A stretch of DNA of 64,000 bases from an uncultured delta proteobacterium. GTDB taxonomy: Bacteria > Desulfobacterota > Binatia > JACPRU01. A model generated the notes under the pieces. The model was not told where the DNA came from and did no database searches. It saw only the letters and a program-made list of their open reading frames with translations. Made by a program: the position numbers and the translations under genes. Positions 9,697 through 19,383 of this stretch are shown piece after piece. The stretch is taken from positions 64,001-128,000 of the forward strand of contig CAVUWD010000019.1 in NCBI GenBank assembly GCA_963745025.1. The letters run 5' to 3'. Each line of letters begins with the position of its first letter. Positions within the stretch are counted from its first letter, which is position 1.

Positions 9697-10611
9697 ATGC
9701 ATATTGACCCGCTTCGTCTCGATACCAAAGCAAATGCTTGGAACAGAAAGAACGAGTACTTCTATGCCCTCGCCCTTGGCGTTCTCTCCCTGTTGGGGGG
9801 ACCGGCATACGGTCAAACTTGCGTGCATAATACCGGCTGCCAGCCGACGTTCAATCTTAACGGTTACGACAGGGGCGCAAAAACAGAAATCAATACATGT
9901 ACGACGAATGGTTCTTCGAGTCCCTGTGCGTGGGCTGACGTAGCTGAAGGAATGGAGAACTTCCTTGCCTGCCGTCTGGCCGAAACGGGTCCTATTGCGC
10001 TTTGCTACTATTCCGGAGTGCCGGGGAGCCCGTTATTCACCCCGAGTTGCACCTTTTCACAGGCTAAGAATGCCGCCGAATGCGACTGTTACCAAATAAG
10101 TGCGGACCATCCCACGGGAGCGACTTACTCTTACGTCCTGATTACCAGCATTCTGAACAAAAACGTTTACGAGGAAACTGTCTCGGCATGCGGCCAGGAC
10201 GGCAGTGGGTGCCTGAATGCCACGAATCCCGCAGATCCCAGCAAGAACGAGGCACCAGTATGCGATGCGATCAGGAACAAGACATTATTCCCCGGCGCAG
10301 ATCTGATCTCCGACTTCAGTCCAATACTTTTCGGCGAAATAGGCATCACTAATTTCGAGTGTCCAGCGCAGGGGGATGCCAACCGCTACGCTGGGTGCAT
10401 GACGGCCCCGTGCAAGAGTACCGGGAAGACCGACGTAGCTACCGGCCTTCCGCTCGTCAAGTGCACCTGCCCAACCTACGACGGTCCCAACCAGGTAGGA
10501 AATCCCCAAATATCTGCCGGGGGCTATTCATGCAGTCCAACGCCCCATGTTTGGTCCTCCGCCTATTCGCCGTCTAGCGATCCAGAGTCCTTGCTACCGG
10601 ATGTACCCTGA
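9697..10611 (+). CDS. Secreted cysteine-rich protein of unknown function
   Basis: AAGGAG RBS, signal-like segment ending PAYG-Q, 18 Cys after it, lower GC than host. Confidence 0.8.
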   Translation: MHIDPLRLDTKANAWNRKNEYFYALALGVLSLLGGPAYGQTCVHNTGCQPTFNLNGYDRGAKTEINTCTTNGSSSPCAWADVAEGMENFLACRLAETGPIALCYYSGVPGSPLFTPSCTFSQAKNAAECDCYQISADHPTGATYSYVLITSILNKNVYEETVSACGQDGSGCLNATNPADPSKNEAPVCDAIRNKTLFPGADLISDFSPILFGEIGITNFECPAQGDANRYAGCMTAPCKSTGKTDVATGLPLVKCTCPTYDGPNQVGNPQISAGGYSCSPTPHVWSSAYSPSSDPESLLPDVP

Positions 10612-10749
10612 GGTGGAAACGCGCGTCGGAAAGCGTGGACCAGCGATCTCGGCGAACTCGGCACCGACAGGGCCCATGCGCGGAAGTTCAGAGGAATTTT
10701 ACCGTGGCTGACGATCGCACTCGGCCCGGTTGAGAACCCGCGCTTCTGC

Positions 10750-11223
10750 GTGATAGCGCCACTTGACGGTCAGTTTAGCGTCAAGCCCGCTGCGGTGGTC
10801 TCGTGCGCACGGTGCACCAAACAGCGCCAGACGCCGTACGGCGGCACTCGGACCGTGCCCTGAAGCGGTGAACGCCTTGGCCAGTATCTGGAGAGAAACG
10901 ATCCTGATGCGTGCCATCCTCCGGGCCGACCTTTCGGTGAGCTCCACGACCCTACGTCGGCGAAGAGCACGGTCACCTGCTTGCGGTAGCTCGAGGGCGG
11001 AGCGCGACGTGAGGATCTTCTCCGCAAGGTGCTTCGGCGTGTAGGAACGGGGATCTGGACCGACGGCCGAGCCAGTGGCTGTCCGCCGAATCGTAGAACC
11101 TGCGACCTGGGGGTTCGCAGTGCGCAGGACTCGGGCATGCCGGCCGCGCAAGGGGCGCGGCGCATTCGCCGCAGCCACTGACGCGCCGTCTGGATTGTCG
11201 CAGCCACAACTCGGGCACCTCAT
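10750..11223 (-). pseudogene. Second, truncated double-zinc-ribbon adenylate/guanylate cyclase gene
   Basis: MRCPSCGCDNPDGA, PRSYTPKHLAEKILTSRSALE, RKQVTVLFADV and ALFGAP across several frames. Confidence 0.75.
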
Positions 11224-11239
11224 TCTGGGCGTGCAAAGC

Positions 11240-13098
11240 CTCGAAAGCGCTCGAGCAACGTCTTCTGCTTCCTTCAGATGCCGCAGTGTCAACAGCCCTC
11301 GTGAACCAACCGTAGTCACGTGCCAGCATACGGCGAGCTTCCTCTTCAGTCCTGGTGGTGAAGGAGACGGGCGAGGCTCATCACCGCTCGAAGCTCCCAT
11401 GACTTCGCTTGCTGTCGGCGCGCAATGTCGATGGCGCGGCGAAAGCATTCCTCCGCTTCCGTTTGGCGATATGATGCGATCCGACGTGGAACGTCGGAGG
11501 ACTAGAGTCGCCCTTCATCGATGCAGTGCCGCTTCGCTGAGGCGCTCGGCCGTTGTTTCCATTATTGCGATTGCTTCTGCCACGGCAGTCGAATCCTTGC
11601 TCGAAGCGCCCCGCTGTCCCGTATGCCTTCGCCAGAAAATTGGTTCGGAATAAGCCTGCTCCGGTGCCCAACTGGGCTGCCAAACCCTGGCGCATCAGTC
11701 CATACCCCTTCCTCTATTTGTCCTTGCTCAGCCGTGCGTAGTCCTCGATGCAGAGTCGCCTGGGCGCGAATGTTCCCAAAACCTCGTCGGTGCAGACTCG
11801 CGCAAAAGCAGCCGCTTGATCGTGTCCAGCGTGCGGCGCTGCGAATCTGCGCGTCGATCTAGGCGAGGGGATCGATCCTTCGGCAATTCCGAGCGAGCGA
11901 ATAAGTGAGGGATGGCGTCTTCGAGGGAACGATCGAGCGTGAGAACTTTGCCGTTGACCTTCTCGCGCCGCGCGCGCGGATCGTCTTCGCCCGCGATCTG
12001 AAGTACGAGTGCAGCAAGTCGATGACCGGCAGGTACGCGGACGCCTTGCCGTGAGAGACCGAACAAGGTCTCTAGCACCATCCAGCCCGACTGCGAGACC
12101 GCCTTGAACTCGAAGAACAGCCGCGACTTGCCGACCGCCCGCCTCGGCCAGTTGCCGCGACGATCTGCCGCATGACCGGACTTGGCCTGTTCCGCAGCTG
12201 CCTCATCGCTCCATCTCGTCGACTGCGCCCGCGAACTTCGTGTACCCTCGACTGGCGGAGCGCTGCAGCCGCGTGCGCAGCGACCCCAGCCCGTCACCCG
12301 ATAGTCGACCGGCTCGCTCACCCCCTTCACGCGCGCCGCCCAGCGCCTTGAGCAGGAAGTATCCTTCCACCAGCTTTTGCGTCGCACTGGTGATCGCGAT
12401 CGATCCAATCGGCGCCAAAACCTGCATCCGCGCCGCCAGGCTGGTCGAGTGCCCCACCGGCACGTACTCCGCATGCTCGCCCGTGCTTACCGAGCGCATC
12501 ACCACCTCGCCGGTGTTTGCGCCCGCCCGCGCCTGAATCGGCTGGCGCCCATCGGCGCGCAAGCGGTCCGAATATCGCCTGATCTCCTCCTGCATCCGCA
12601 AGGCCGCGTAGAGCGCGCGCTGCGGATGGTCCTCATGGGCGATTGGGGCGCCGAACAGCGCGAAAATCCCGTCTCCTGTCGATTGCGCGACGTAGCCGTC
12701 GTAGCGATGGACCGCATCCATCATGATCTTCAACGCCGGATCGACGATCGCCCGCGCCGCTTCGGGGTCGAGGTCCTCGATCAACTCCATCGAGCCCTTG
12801 ATGTCCGCGAACAGGGCCGTGATTGTCTTGCGCTCGCCCTCCGCCGCGCTCCCCGCCTCCATCGCCGCCTGGTCGGCCAGGATGCGCTCAGCCAGACGGG
12901 GCGGCGTGTAGGAGTGAGGGTCCGGTGGCGCTCCTGGCTTCGCCACCTCCGCAAGCGGTTTCCCACCTCGCCGCAGAACCGCTCTCCCGGTTCCGATCTG
13001 GCGCCGCACGAGGGGCAGGCAAGCCCGAGACCGGCGCCGCAATGGACGCAGAATCTCCGGCCCGCGCGATTCTCGTGCCTGCAGGAAGGGCAGAGCAT
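11240..13098 (-). pseudogene. Double-zinc-ribbon adenylate/guanylate cyclase-AAA ATPase-TPR gene, frameshifted with a large internal gap
   Basis: MLCPSCRHENRAGRRFCVHCG, GERKTITALFADIKGSMELIEDLDPE, GDGIFALFGAPIAHEDH, VGKSRLFFEF and terminal YGWFT...DTA motif. Confidence 0.8.
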
Positions 13099-13361
13099 CT
13101 TGCCCCCTCCTTGGAGGCTAGCCCCTGATCACTGCCGATAGTCCTTTCGGATGCTTTCGTGCAAGGCGCGAGCCCTCAAGCGGCGCAAAACCACTAACCC
13201 CCTGACTCCTCAGCCCTTCCTCCAGACTTTAAGACTGAGAAGTCGAGGAACTTCGGACTAGAAGTCCATCGCGAACGCGTTTTGGCCCAGCCAAGAGGAT
13301 AAATCCGGTGATCACCGCCCGAGTTCCTATCGTCCGCGTCGTTTCGCTCCGGTTTCGGCTA

Positions 13362-13500
13362 TTACTTGGGCTCGCGCAGGCCTGCATCGTCACGCGCGCA
13401 CAGTGCAATCGCCGAAAAGTCCATGTCGCCGCGTCCCCTGGCAATGCTCGACACGAACCGCTCGCGGGCAAAGGCGGCGATCGGCATTGGTGCTCCTGCG
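13362..13500 (-). pseudogene. C-terminal fragment of a beta-hydroxyacid dehydrogenase family gene
   Basis: Manual translation GAPMPIAAFARERFVSSIARGRGDMDFSAIALCARDDAGLREPK*. Confidence 0.55.
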
Positions 13501-13596
13501 TGTCTTAAGAACCCGGTGCTGATATCGCAGGTTATGTCGACATCGGCCGCTAATGCCGCCTATCCTCCGTGAAATTCGCGCAACAATGACGGCGCA

Positions 13597-14244
13597 TTAC
13601 TTCAAATGCCCGGACTTCACCCACAGCAACGCATCTTCCACTGCATAAGGGGAGTGTGAACTGCCAGGCGGCTGCCGCAGCCAGGTACCGGCCGGATAAG
13701 TGCCAAACTCGTCCTTGATGACGCCCTTGACCACGTAGATCTCTTCGCCGCCGGGATGTGAATGCGGGATGCCGGGCGCGGCAACAGGCAGCTCCACCAG
13801 CACCACCTGTTCTTCCTTGTACTTGTGCAGCAACTGGTAACGAATACCGTTCTGCACATCGTGCCACTGGGCCTCGCGGGTCTGGATAGCCAGCCGCTTG
13901 TCGTCATCGCTTTGGAACTGGTGTAGCTTCACCAGGATCAAACAACCCTCGTTGCTGAACGGCGCATGGCGGAAGCCAAGCGGGTTGCGGAAGTACATGC
14001 CCGCGGTGAAGTCGCCGGTTTCGTCGGAGAAGGTGCCGTCCAGCACCAGGATTTCCTCGCCGCCCGGGTGGTTGTGGCCGATGAAGCTGGCGCCGGGGTC
14101 GTAGCGGACTATGGAGGTGGCGTGGCCGCGTTCTGCTTCTTCGCGGGCCAGCGGTTTGCGCCATACGCCGGCCTCGGGGCTAGGTTGCCAGGGTAGGGTG
14201 CTGGTGTCGATGAGGACGCGTTGGGTGAAGTCCATGTTCAACAT
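13597..14244 (-). CDS. ChrR-like double cupin protein
   Basis: GVWRKPLAREEAERGHATSIVRYDPG, HNHPGGEEILVLDG and HSHPGGEEIYV; AAGGAGG RBS. Confidence 0.9.
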   Translation of the reverse strand: MLNMDFTQRVLIDTSTLPWQPSPEAGVWRKPLAREEAERGHATSIVRYDPGASFIGHNHPGGEEILVLDGTFSDETGDFTAGMYFRNPLGFRHAPFSNEGCLILVKLHQFQSDDDKRLAIQTREAQWHDVQNGIRYQLLHKYKEEQVVLVELPVAAPGIPHSHPGGEEIYVVKGVIKDEFGTYPAGTWLRQPPGSSHSPYAVEDALLWVKSGHLK

Positions 14245-14324
14245 GGCGTTCCTCCTTCATTCGCCCCTACTTTGCCATATTTGCGTCCCGGAACCACCTG
14301 CTTGTGCTGGTGCAATGGAGAGTC

Positions 14325-14379
14325 TTCGTGCTTCGCCAGATTCTGTCCTGAGCTTTGTCGAAGGGCTTAGCACGAACGG
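14325..14379. repeat. REP-like element of the GTCCTGAGC(T)TTGTCGAAGG type
   Basis: TTCGTGCT...GTCCTGAGCTTTGTCGAAGGGCTTAGCACGAACGG with terminal inverted TTCGTGCT/AGCACGAA. Confidence 0.5.
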
Positions 14380-14552
14380 GTCTTGCTTTACGCACCTATC
14401 GTAGAAAACTGGGGGCACTTCGAGGAAGCAGTGTGGGCTTGCGCGTCTGAGAACGCCGGTTATATAGCTGTCCGGCCCTTGTAGCGGCTATCGCCGCCGT
14501 GGCGCCGCTTCGATCCTGACACGATGCTCTCCAACACCGAAGGATCGACCAC

Positions 14553-15194
14553 GTGTATTCGCCATCCCAATTCGAAGAGACGCGCATCGAAACGCTGCAT
14601 GCGCTGATCCGCGCGCATCCACTGGGTACGCTGATCACACTCGGGCGAGCGGGCCTGGAAGTGAACCACATTCCGTTCGAGGTGCATCCCGATCCGGCGC
14701 CCTTCGGCACGCTGCGCGCGCATGTCGCACGCGCAAATCCGGTATGGCGGGACTTTTCTGCCGACGTTGGTGCGATGGTCGTATTCCAGGGACCGAGCGC
14801 CTATATCACACCGTCGTGGTACGCGACCAAGCGCGAGACCGGGAAAGTGGTGCCGACGTATAACTACGCGGTCGTACACGCCTACGGCCCGATGCGAGCG
14901 ATCGAAGATCGGTCCTGGCTGCGCGCGCTGGTCGGGCGACTGACCGACCGGTTCGAATCAGCGCGTGCGCAGCCGTGGCGGGTGACCGATGCGCCTGCCG
15001 ACTTCGTCGACAATCTGCTCGGCGCGATCGTCGGACTGGAGATCCCGCTCAGCAGGCTCGTCGGCAAATGGAAGATGAGCCAGAACCGGCCTGCAGCCGA
15101 TCATCCCGGCATCGTCGAAGGCTTGCGCGAAACGCAGGCTCCGGATGCGGTCGAAGTCGCAAAGCTGGTGGAAGAGCGCAATCGGCGGAACTGA
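14553..15194 (+). CDS. FMN-binding PaiB-family protein
   Basis: MYSPSQFEE, HVARANP, YITPSWY...VPTYNYAVVHAYG and GKWKMSQNR. Confidence 0.92.
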   Translation: MYSPSQFEETRIETLHALIRAHPLGTLITLGRAGLEVNHIPFEVHPDPAPFGTLRAHVARANPVWRDFSADVGAMVVFQGPSAYITPSWYATKRETGKVVPTYNYAVVHAYGPMRAIEDRSWLRALVGRLTDRFESARAQPWRVTDAPADFVDNLLGAIVGLEIPLSRLVGKWKMSQNRPAADHPGIVEGLRETQAPDAVEVAKLVEERNRRN

Positions 15195-15448
15195 TCGCTA
15201 TCCACGTGTACGTGCTTCTCGCCGAAGCCGCCAAGCCTGAAGGTGGCTCTCGAGACGTCAGGGGGTCAGGCCCCGCGTGAGACAGGGGGTAGAGGCCGAC
15301 GTGAAGACGTCAGCTCCGGTTCGGGCCTGACGGATCAAAAACCCGAGGAACCCCCGTCAGACAAGGCCCCTGACGACCTGACGGATGCCCGACAGCCCTT
15401 CTCGACGGAGGGTCTCGACGATGGCGACGAACCGCCGAAGGAGGTCTT

Positions 15449-15850
15449 CTGACCGCCTCGCGGGCAGTCGCGGAAAGCATCCTGGATGACGCTCGCGAGC
15501 TCGACGTGAAGCTCAGCGCCGAGGACGGCCGGATCGTCGCCCAGGGGTGGCTCACCGATCCCTTCCGCCATCGTATCCGCGAGCACAAGGCAGAGCTTCT
15601 GGCGCTCCTTGAGAAGACCCGTGGGGTCACCAACCTGCCGGAGGAGCAAGACAAGGAGCTCGTCGCCGCCGCCGTGTGCGCGCCCGCAGCCTTGCCCAGG
15701 GCGAGGGTGGTGAGCGCCGAAAGCCTGCCGGATTTGCCTGAGGGAGCGACCGGAGCCGTCTTCTTCGAGTTCTCGGACGGTACTTTCGTTCGCGAACGTC
15801 TTTGGGGGGGTCGGTTGCCTGCCCGCGAGCCGATCAGGGGAGACCCAGAC
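15449..15850 (+). CDS. Phage/satellite-type hypothetical protein with a TubC_N-like motif (boundaries uncertain)
   Basis: ILDDARELDVKLSAEDGRIVAQGWLTDPFRHRIREHKAELLALL. Confidence 0.45.
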
Positions 15851-16297
15851 CATGATCCGCCGCGAACTGGAGACGGTTGCCCTAACTTCGGCCGATCGGC
15901 TTCGAACCGAGATCGGAGGTGCCCGGCTCGTGACGGTCGTCGCGGTTGGCGGGCACGTTCACGGTCGCCACCGTCGGCATGCCGAGCATCATGACCGCGC
16001 GCGGCCTCTCGGCGCGGGTCTTAGCAATCGTCCAAGCATTCGTGACCGCGTCGAGGGTGACCATATGGCCAGGACTGATCGTCCGACGTGAGCCAACTCG
16101 CCGCTTGATGAAAGCCGAGAAGAGAAGATTGCTGAACCTTCGGGACGCCGCCGAATACTCGGGCCGGTCGGTATGGGCGGTGCGCGAGTTGATCTGGAAG
16201 GGCCGGATCCCTGTCGTACGGAACGATCGGTAAGGCCTCAGTCTCCGTAGGGGGAGGAAGGCTTGCGTGTTACGTATGTCTTATGCATACGTAAGGC

Positions 16298-16615
16298 ATG
16301 GACGACGTTACCCGGTTCCTGGAGGAGATCAGGAAGCTTTGGCCGGTGGCGCGGGGCACCTTGGCCGAGGTTGCCAAGCCGTGCATTCGGCGGGGCTGTG
16401 CAGCCTGTGAACGCGGCGAGAAGCACGCGGCGTTCAACTTCACCTTTCGCAAGGGCACGAAGCGTCGCTGCCTGTACGTGCCCCGCGAGCTGGTACCGAC
16501 ACTGGAACGAGCACTCGAGAACGGGCGGCGCGTCGAAGAGCGAATGGTGGAGATCGCCGAGGGGCTGATCCTGGCGCACCGCCGCACGCGAAAGCGGCGA
16601 CCCCCGACACGATAG
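16298..16615 (+). CDS. IS accessory protein, DUF6788-like
   Basis: RGTL....PC....C..C.RGEKH...F...GTKRRCLYVP pattern. Confidence 0.7.
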   Translation: MDDVTRFLEEIRKLWPVARGTLAEVAKPCIRRGCAACERGEKHAAFNFTFRKGTKRRCLYVPRELVPTLERALENGRRVEERMVEIAEGLILAHRRTRKRRPPTR

Positions 16616-16634
16616 GCGCAGCGCGGGACGGGCG

Positions 16635-18041
16635 GTGGTGGGCGGCGAGGGATACTGCAGGGCATGCCTGGAGAAGCAGCGCGAGATCGATGGTCTGACG
16701 GAACAGATCAAGCTTCTTCGCGATCGACTTCGCTACCAGGAGCGCATCGCGCGCGCGGAAGGTCCCTTCGGCTCCTCGACCCCGTCGTCGAAGATCCCCC
16801 TCAAAGCCAACACCGAGCTCTCGCTCGAGGATCGACAAGCCCGTCGCGGCGGTGCCAAACCCGGGCACGTGGGACACGGACGGAGAACGGCGAAGGAGAG
16901 CGAGGCGGACGAGGTCGTAACTCTCGAAGTGGCCGAACAAACCTGCCCGCACTGCGGCGTGGAGCTCGAAGAGCGCCGCTTCGAGCCTCGCACCGTGATC
17001 GACATCCCACCGCCACGGACGCGCACGATCCTCTACCGACTCGGCGCCCGGCGCTGTCCTCGCTGTCGGCGCCACTTCCGCGCTCGCGCTCCGGAGGGGG
17101 TATTACCCCGCGCGCTTCTCGGCAACCAGCTGCTCGCCCATCTCGCCGTGCAGCATTACCTCTTCGGCGTTCCGCTCGGGCGCCTCGAAGCGCAGATTTC
17201 CATCGGCTACGGCACCCTCGTCGGGGCGCTCCATCGGCTCGCACGGCTATTCGCCGCTGTGCCCGAACGGCTCGTGCTGGAGTACCGAGCCTCGCCCGTC
17301 AAGCACGCTGACGAAACGGGTTGGAGAAACGATGGGCACAACGGCTACGCGTGGCTGTTCGCCACGGCTACGATCAGCATCTTCCGCTTCCGCTCTACGC
17401 GCTCAGCCTCCGTCGCACAGGAGGTCTTCGGCACCGGCCCGCTCCCCGGCGTCCTCGGCGTCGACCGCTACAACGGTTACAACAAGGCGCCCGTGGCTCT
17501 GCAGTATTGCTACGCGCACCTGCTGCGCGAGGTCCAGGACTGCGGCCGAGAGTTTGAAGACAACGCCGAGGTCCAGCTCTTCGTCGACACCTTCGCCCCC
17601 TTGCTCGCAACTGCCATGACACTACGACGCATCGCTATCAGCGACGACGATTTCCGCCGCCAGGCCGGTGCTCTGAAACAACAGATCCTCGATGCCGTCG
17701 GGGCACCCGCCCTCCACCCTGCCATCCACCGCCTCCAGGGCATCTTTCGCGATCACCCCGAGCGGCTCTACCACTGGGCTGCCGACCGCTCCGTGCCGGC
17801 TGACAACAACCTCGCCGAGCGCGAGCTGCGACCGCTGATCATCGCCCGCAAGGTGAGCTTCGGCTCGCAGTCCGATGCTGGCGCCCGCACCCGCGAGATC
17901 CTCATGACGACGCTCGTCACGCTACGCCGTCGCCACCCTGATGACTACGGGCAGCGATTCAAAGCTGCCCTCGATCGCCTCGCTCTCGATCCCTCCGCTG
18001 ACACCTACCGCCTCCTCTTCCGCAATCACTCGCCTCCGTGA
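16635..18041 (+). CDS. IS66-family DDE transposase
   Basis: SSTPSS, GAKPGHVGHGR, CPHCG zinc finger, HADETGW, QYCYAHLLR and DNNLAERELRP. Confidence 0.95.
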   Translation: MVGGEGYCRACLEKQREIDGLTEQIKLLRDRLRYQERIARAEGPFGSSTPSSKIPLKANTELSLEDRQARRGGAKPGHVGHGRRTAKESEADEVVTLEVAEQTCPHCGVELEERRFEPRTVIDIPPPRTRTILYRLGARRCPRCRRHFRARAPEGVLPRALLGNQLLAHLAVQHYLFGVPLGRLEAQISIGYGTLVGALHRLARLFAAVPERLVLEYRASPVKHADETGWRNDGHNGYAWLFATATISIFRFRSTRSASVAQEVFGTGPLPGVLGVDRYNGYNKAPVALQYCYAHLLREVQDCGREFEDNAEVQLFVDTFAPLLATAMTLRRIAISDDDFRRQAGALKQQILDAVGAPALHPAIHRLQGIFRDHPERLYHWAADRSVPADNNLAERELRPLIIARKVSFGSQSDAGARTREILMTTLVTLRRRHPDDYGQRFKAALDRLALDPSADTYRLLFRNHSPP

Positions 18042-18188
18042 TCGCGGCCTCCTCCCCATCCTCGCTGGTCGTGCCGGCCGCACGCCCCTACGACGGAGAC
18101 TGAGGCCTTACAACGATCGGCGGATTCAGCTTGACCTAAGGGACCTAGATGCGCTTATCGACGCGAGCAAGCTCAGAGAGCGCTAAAG

Positions 18189-18435
18189 ATGGGTTCGAAA
18201 CGCGGCACCGGCTCGGTCTATCTCCGAGGGAAAGTCTGGTGGATCAAGTATTCGAGAGACGGCCGACCCTTCCGTGAAAGCTCACGATCGTCGAAGCGTG
18301 AGGATGCTCTACAGCTTCTACGGGATCGGATGGGCCGGATTGCCCATGTACAACATCGTAAGCGATGATGATCTCCAAGAGGCAGCACGACGCCTTGAAG
18401 AACAGGCACGAATACGGGCACAGCGGCACCGATAG
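18189..18435 (+). pseudogene. Tyrosine integrase remnant (N- and C-termini only)
   Basis: MGSKRGTGSVYLRGKVWWIKYSRDGRPFRESSRSSKREDALQLL joined out of frame to YNIVSDDDLQEAARRL; core-binding and most of the catalytic domain absent. Confidence 0.8.
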
Positions 18436-18485
18436 AGTGAGAGAAAATGATGTGTTATCGGTTACATCGGGCGCGCTATCCCGCT

Positions 18486-18504
18486 GACTTCAAGCCGGAG
18501 TACT
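18486..18504 (+). repeat. att core, right copy (displaced glpX 3' end, followed by AG to give TAG)
   Basis: Exact match to 7850-7868. Confidence 0.9.
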
Positions 18505-18510
18505 AGCCTT

Positions 18511-18590
18511 CAGGTTACACGGGCTACAGACTTCGGCAAAAGACTCCGCGGTGCCTTTCCTGTAGGCCGGAGCCCGAAGCCCTGAGCCCA
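18511..18590. repeat. Heptamer-armed palindromic intergenic element
   Basis: GGCTACA GACTTCG GCAAAGACTCC...GGAGCCC GAAGCCC. Confidence 0.7.
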
Positions 18591-18600
18591 AGGAGACGTC

Positions 18601-19383
18601 ATGGCCTACGACAACATCCGCTTCGAAGCCGCCGACGCCGTCGGTACGCTCACGATCGATCGGCCGAAGTCGCTGAACGCGCTCAATCCGGACACGCTGC
18701 GGGAGATCTTGCGCTGCCTGCGCGACGTTCGTCGAGAGGGGAGACTCCGTGCGCTCATCGTCACCGGCGCGGGCGAAAGGGCCTTCGTCGCGGGTGCCGA
18801 CATCGCGGCGATGCGTACGATGAGCGTGATCGAGGCGAAGGAGATGGCGCGGCTCGGTCAGCGCGTGACCTCCGCCCTCGAAGACCTCGCGTTCCCCGTG
18901 GTCGCCGCGGTCAATGGCTTCGCGCTCGGTGGCGGCATGGAGCTCGCGATGGCCTGTGATCTCGTCGTCGCGTCCGATAAGGCACGCTTCGGGCAACCGG
19001 AGATCAACCTCGGGATCATCCCCGGTTTCGGCGGTACCCAGCGGCTGGCGCGTCGCATCGGTGCGCCGCGCGCCCGGGAGATGATCTACGGCGGCGAGAT
19101 GATCGATGCCGAGACCGCCCGGCAGTGGGGGCTCGTCAATCGCGTGGTGAAGCCCGAGGCGCTTCTCCCCGAGGCGCTGAAGCTCGCCGCCGCGCTCGCC
19201 GCCAAGCCGCCGGTCGCGCTCGCACAGGCGAAGCTCGCGATCGGGCACGGGCTCGACGTGGATCTCGAGAACGGGCTCCGCCTCGAAGCCGAAGCCTTCG
19301 CGGTCACGTTCTCGACCGAGGATCGCTCCGAGGGAATGGCCGCGTTCCTGGAAAAGCGTCCGGCGAAATTCAGCGGCCGATAG
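18601..19383 (+). CDS. Enoyl-CoA hydratase / crotonase
   Basis: AFVAGADI, AVNGFALGGGMELAMACD and PEINLGIIPGFGGTQRL. Confidence 0.93.
   Translation: MAYDNIRFEAADAVGTLTIDRPKSLNALNPDTLREILRCLRDVRREGRLRALIVTGAGERAFVAGADIAAMRTMSVIEAKEMARLGQRVTSALEDLAFPVVAAVNGFALGGGMELAMACDLVVASDKARFGQPEINLGIIPGFGGTQRLARRIGAPRAREMIYGGEMIDAETARQWGLVNRVVKPEALLPEALKLAAALAAKPPVALAQAKLAIGHGLDVDLENGLRLEAEAFAVTFSTEDRSEGMAAFLEKRPAKFSGR

Larger units (their letters stand above)
16230..18111 (+). mobile_element. Complete IS66-family insertion sequence
   Basis: Perfect 19-bp terminal inverted repeats GTAAGGCCTCAGTCTCCGT; 8-bp target duplication AACGATCG (16222-16229, 18112-18119). Confidence 0.95.
16108..18186 (+). pseudogene. 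Excisionase-type HTH gene split by IS66
   Basis: Removing the IS and one TSD copy gives MKAEKRRLLNLRDAAEYSGRSVWAVRELIWKGRIPVVRNDRRIQLDLRDLDALIDASKLRER*, ending 2 bp before the integrase ATG. Confidence 0.85.
7850..18504. mobile_element. Decayed integrative element / genomic island inserted at the glpX 3' end
   Basis: Identical 19-bp direct repeat at both ends, xis/int remnants next to the right repeat, arm-type repeats, IS content and lower-GC patches. Confidence 0.88.
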
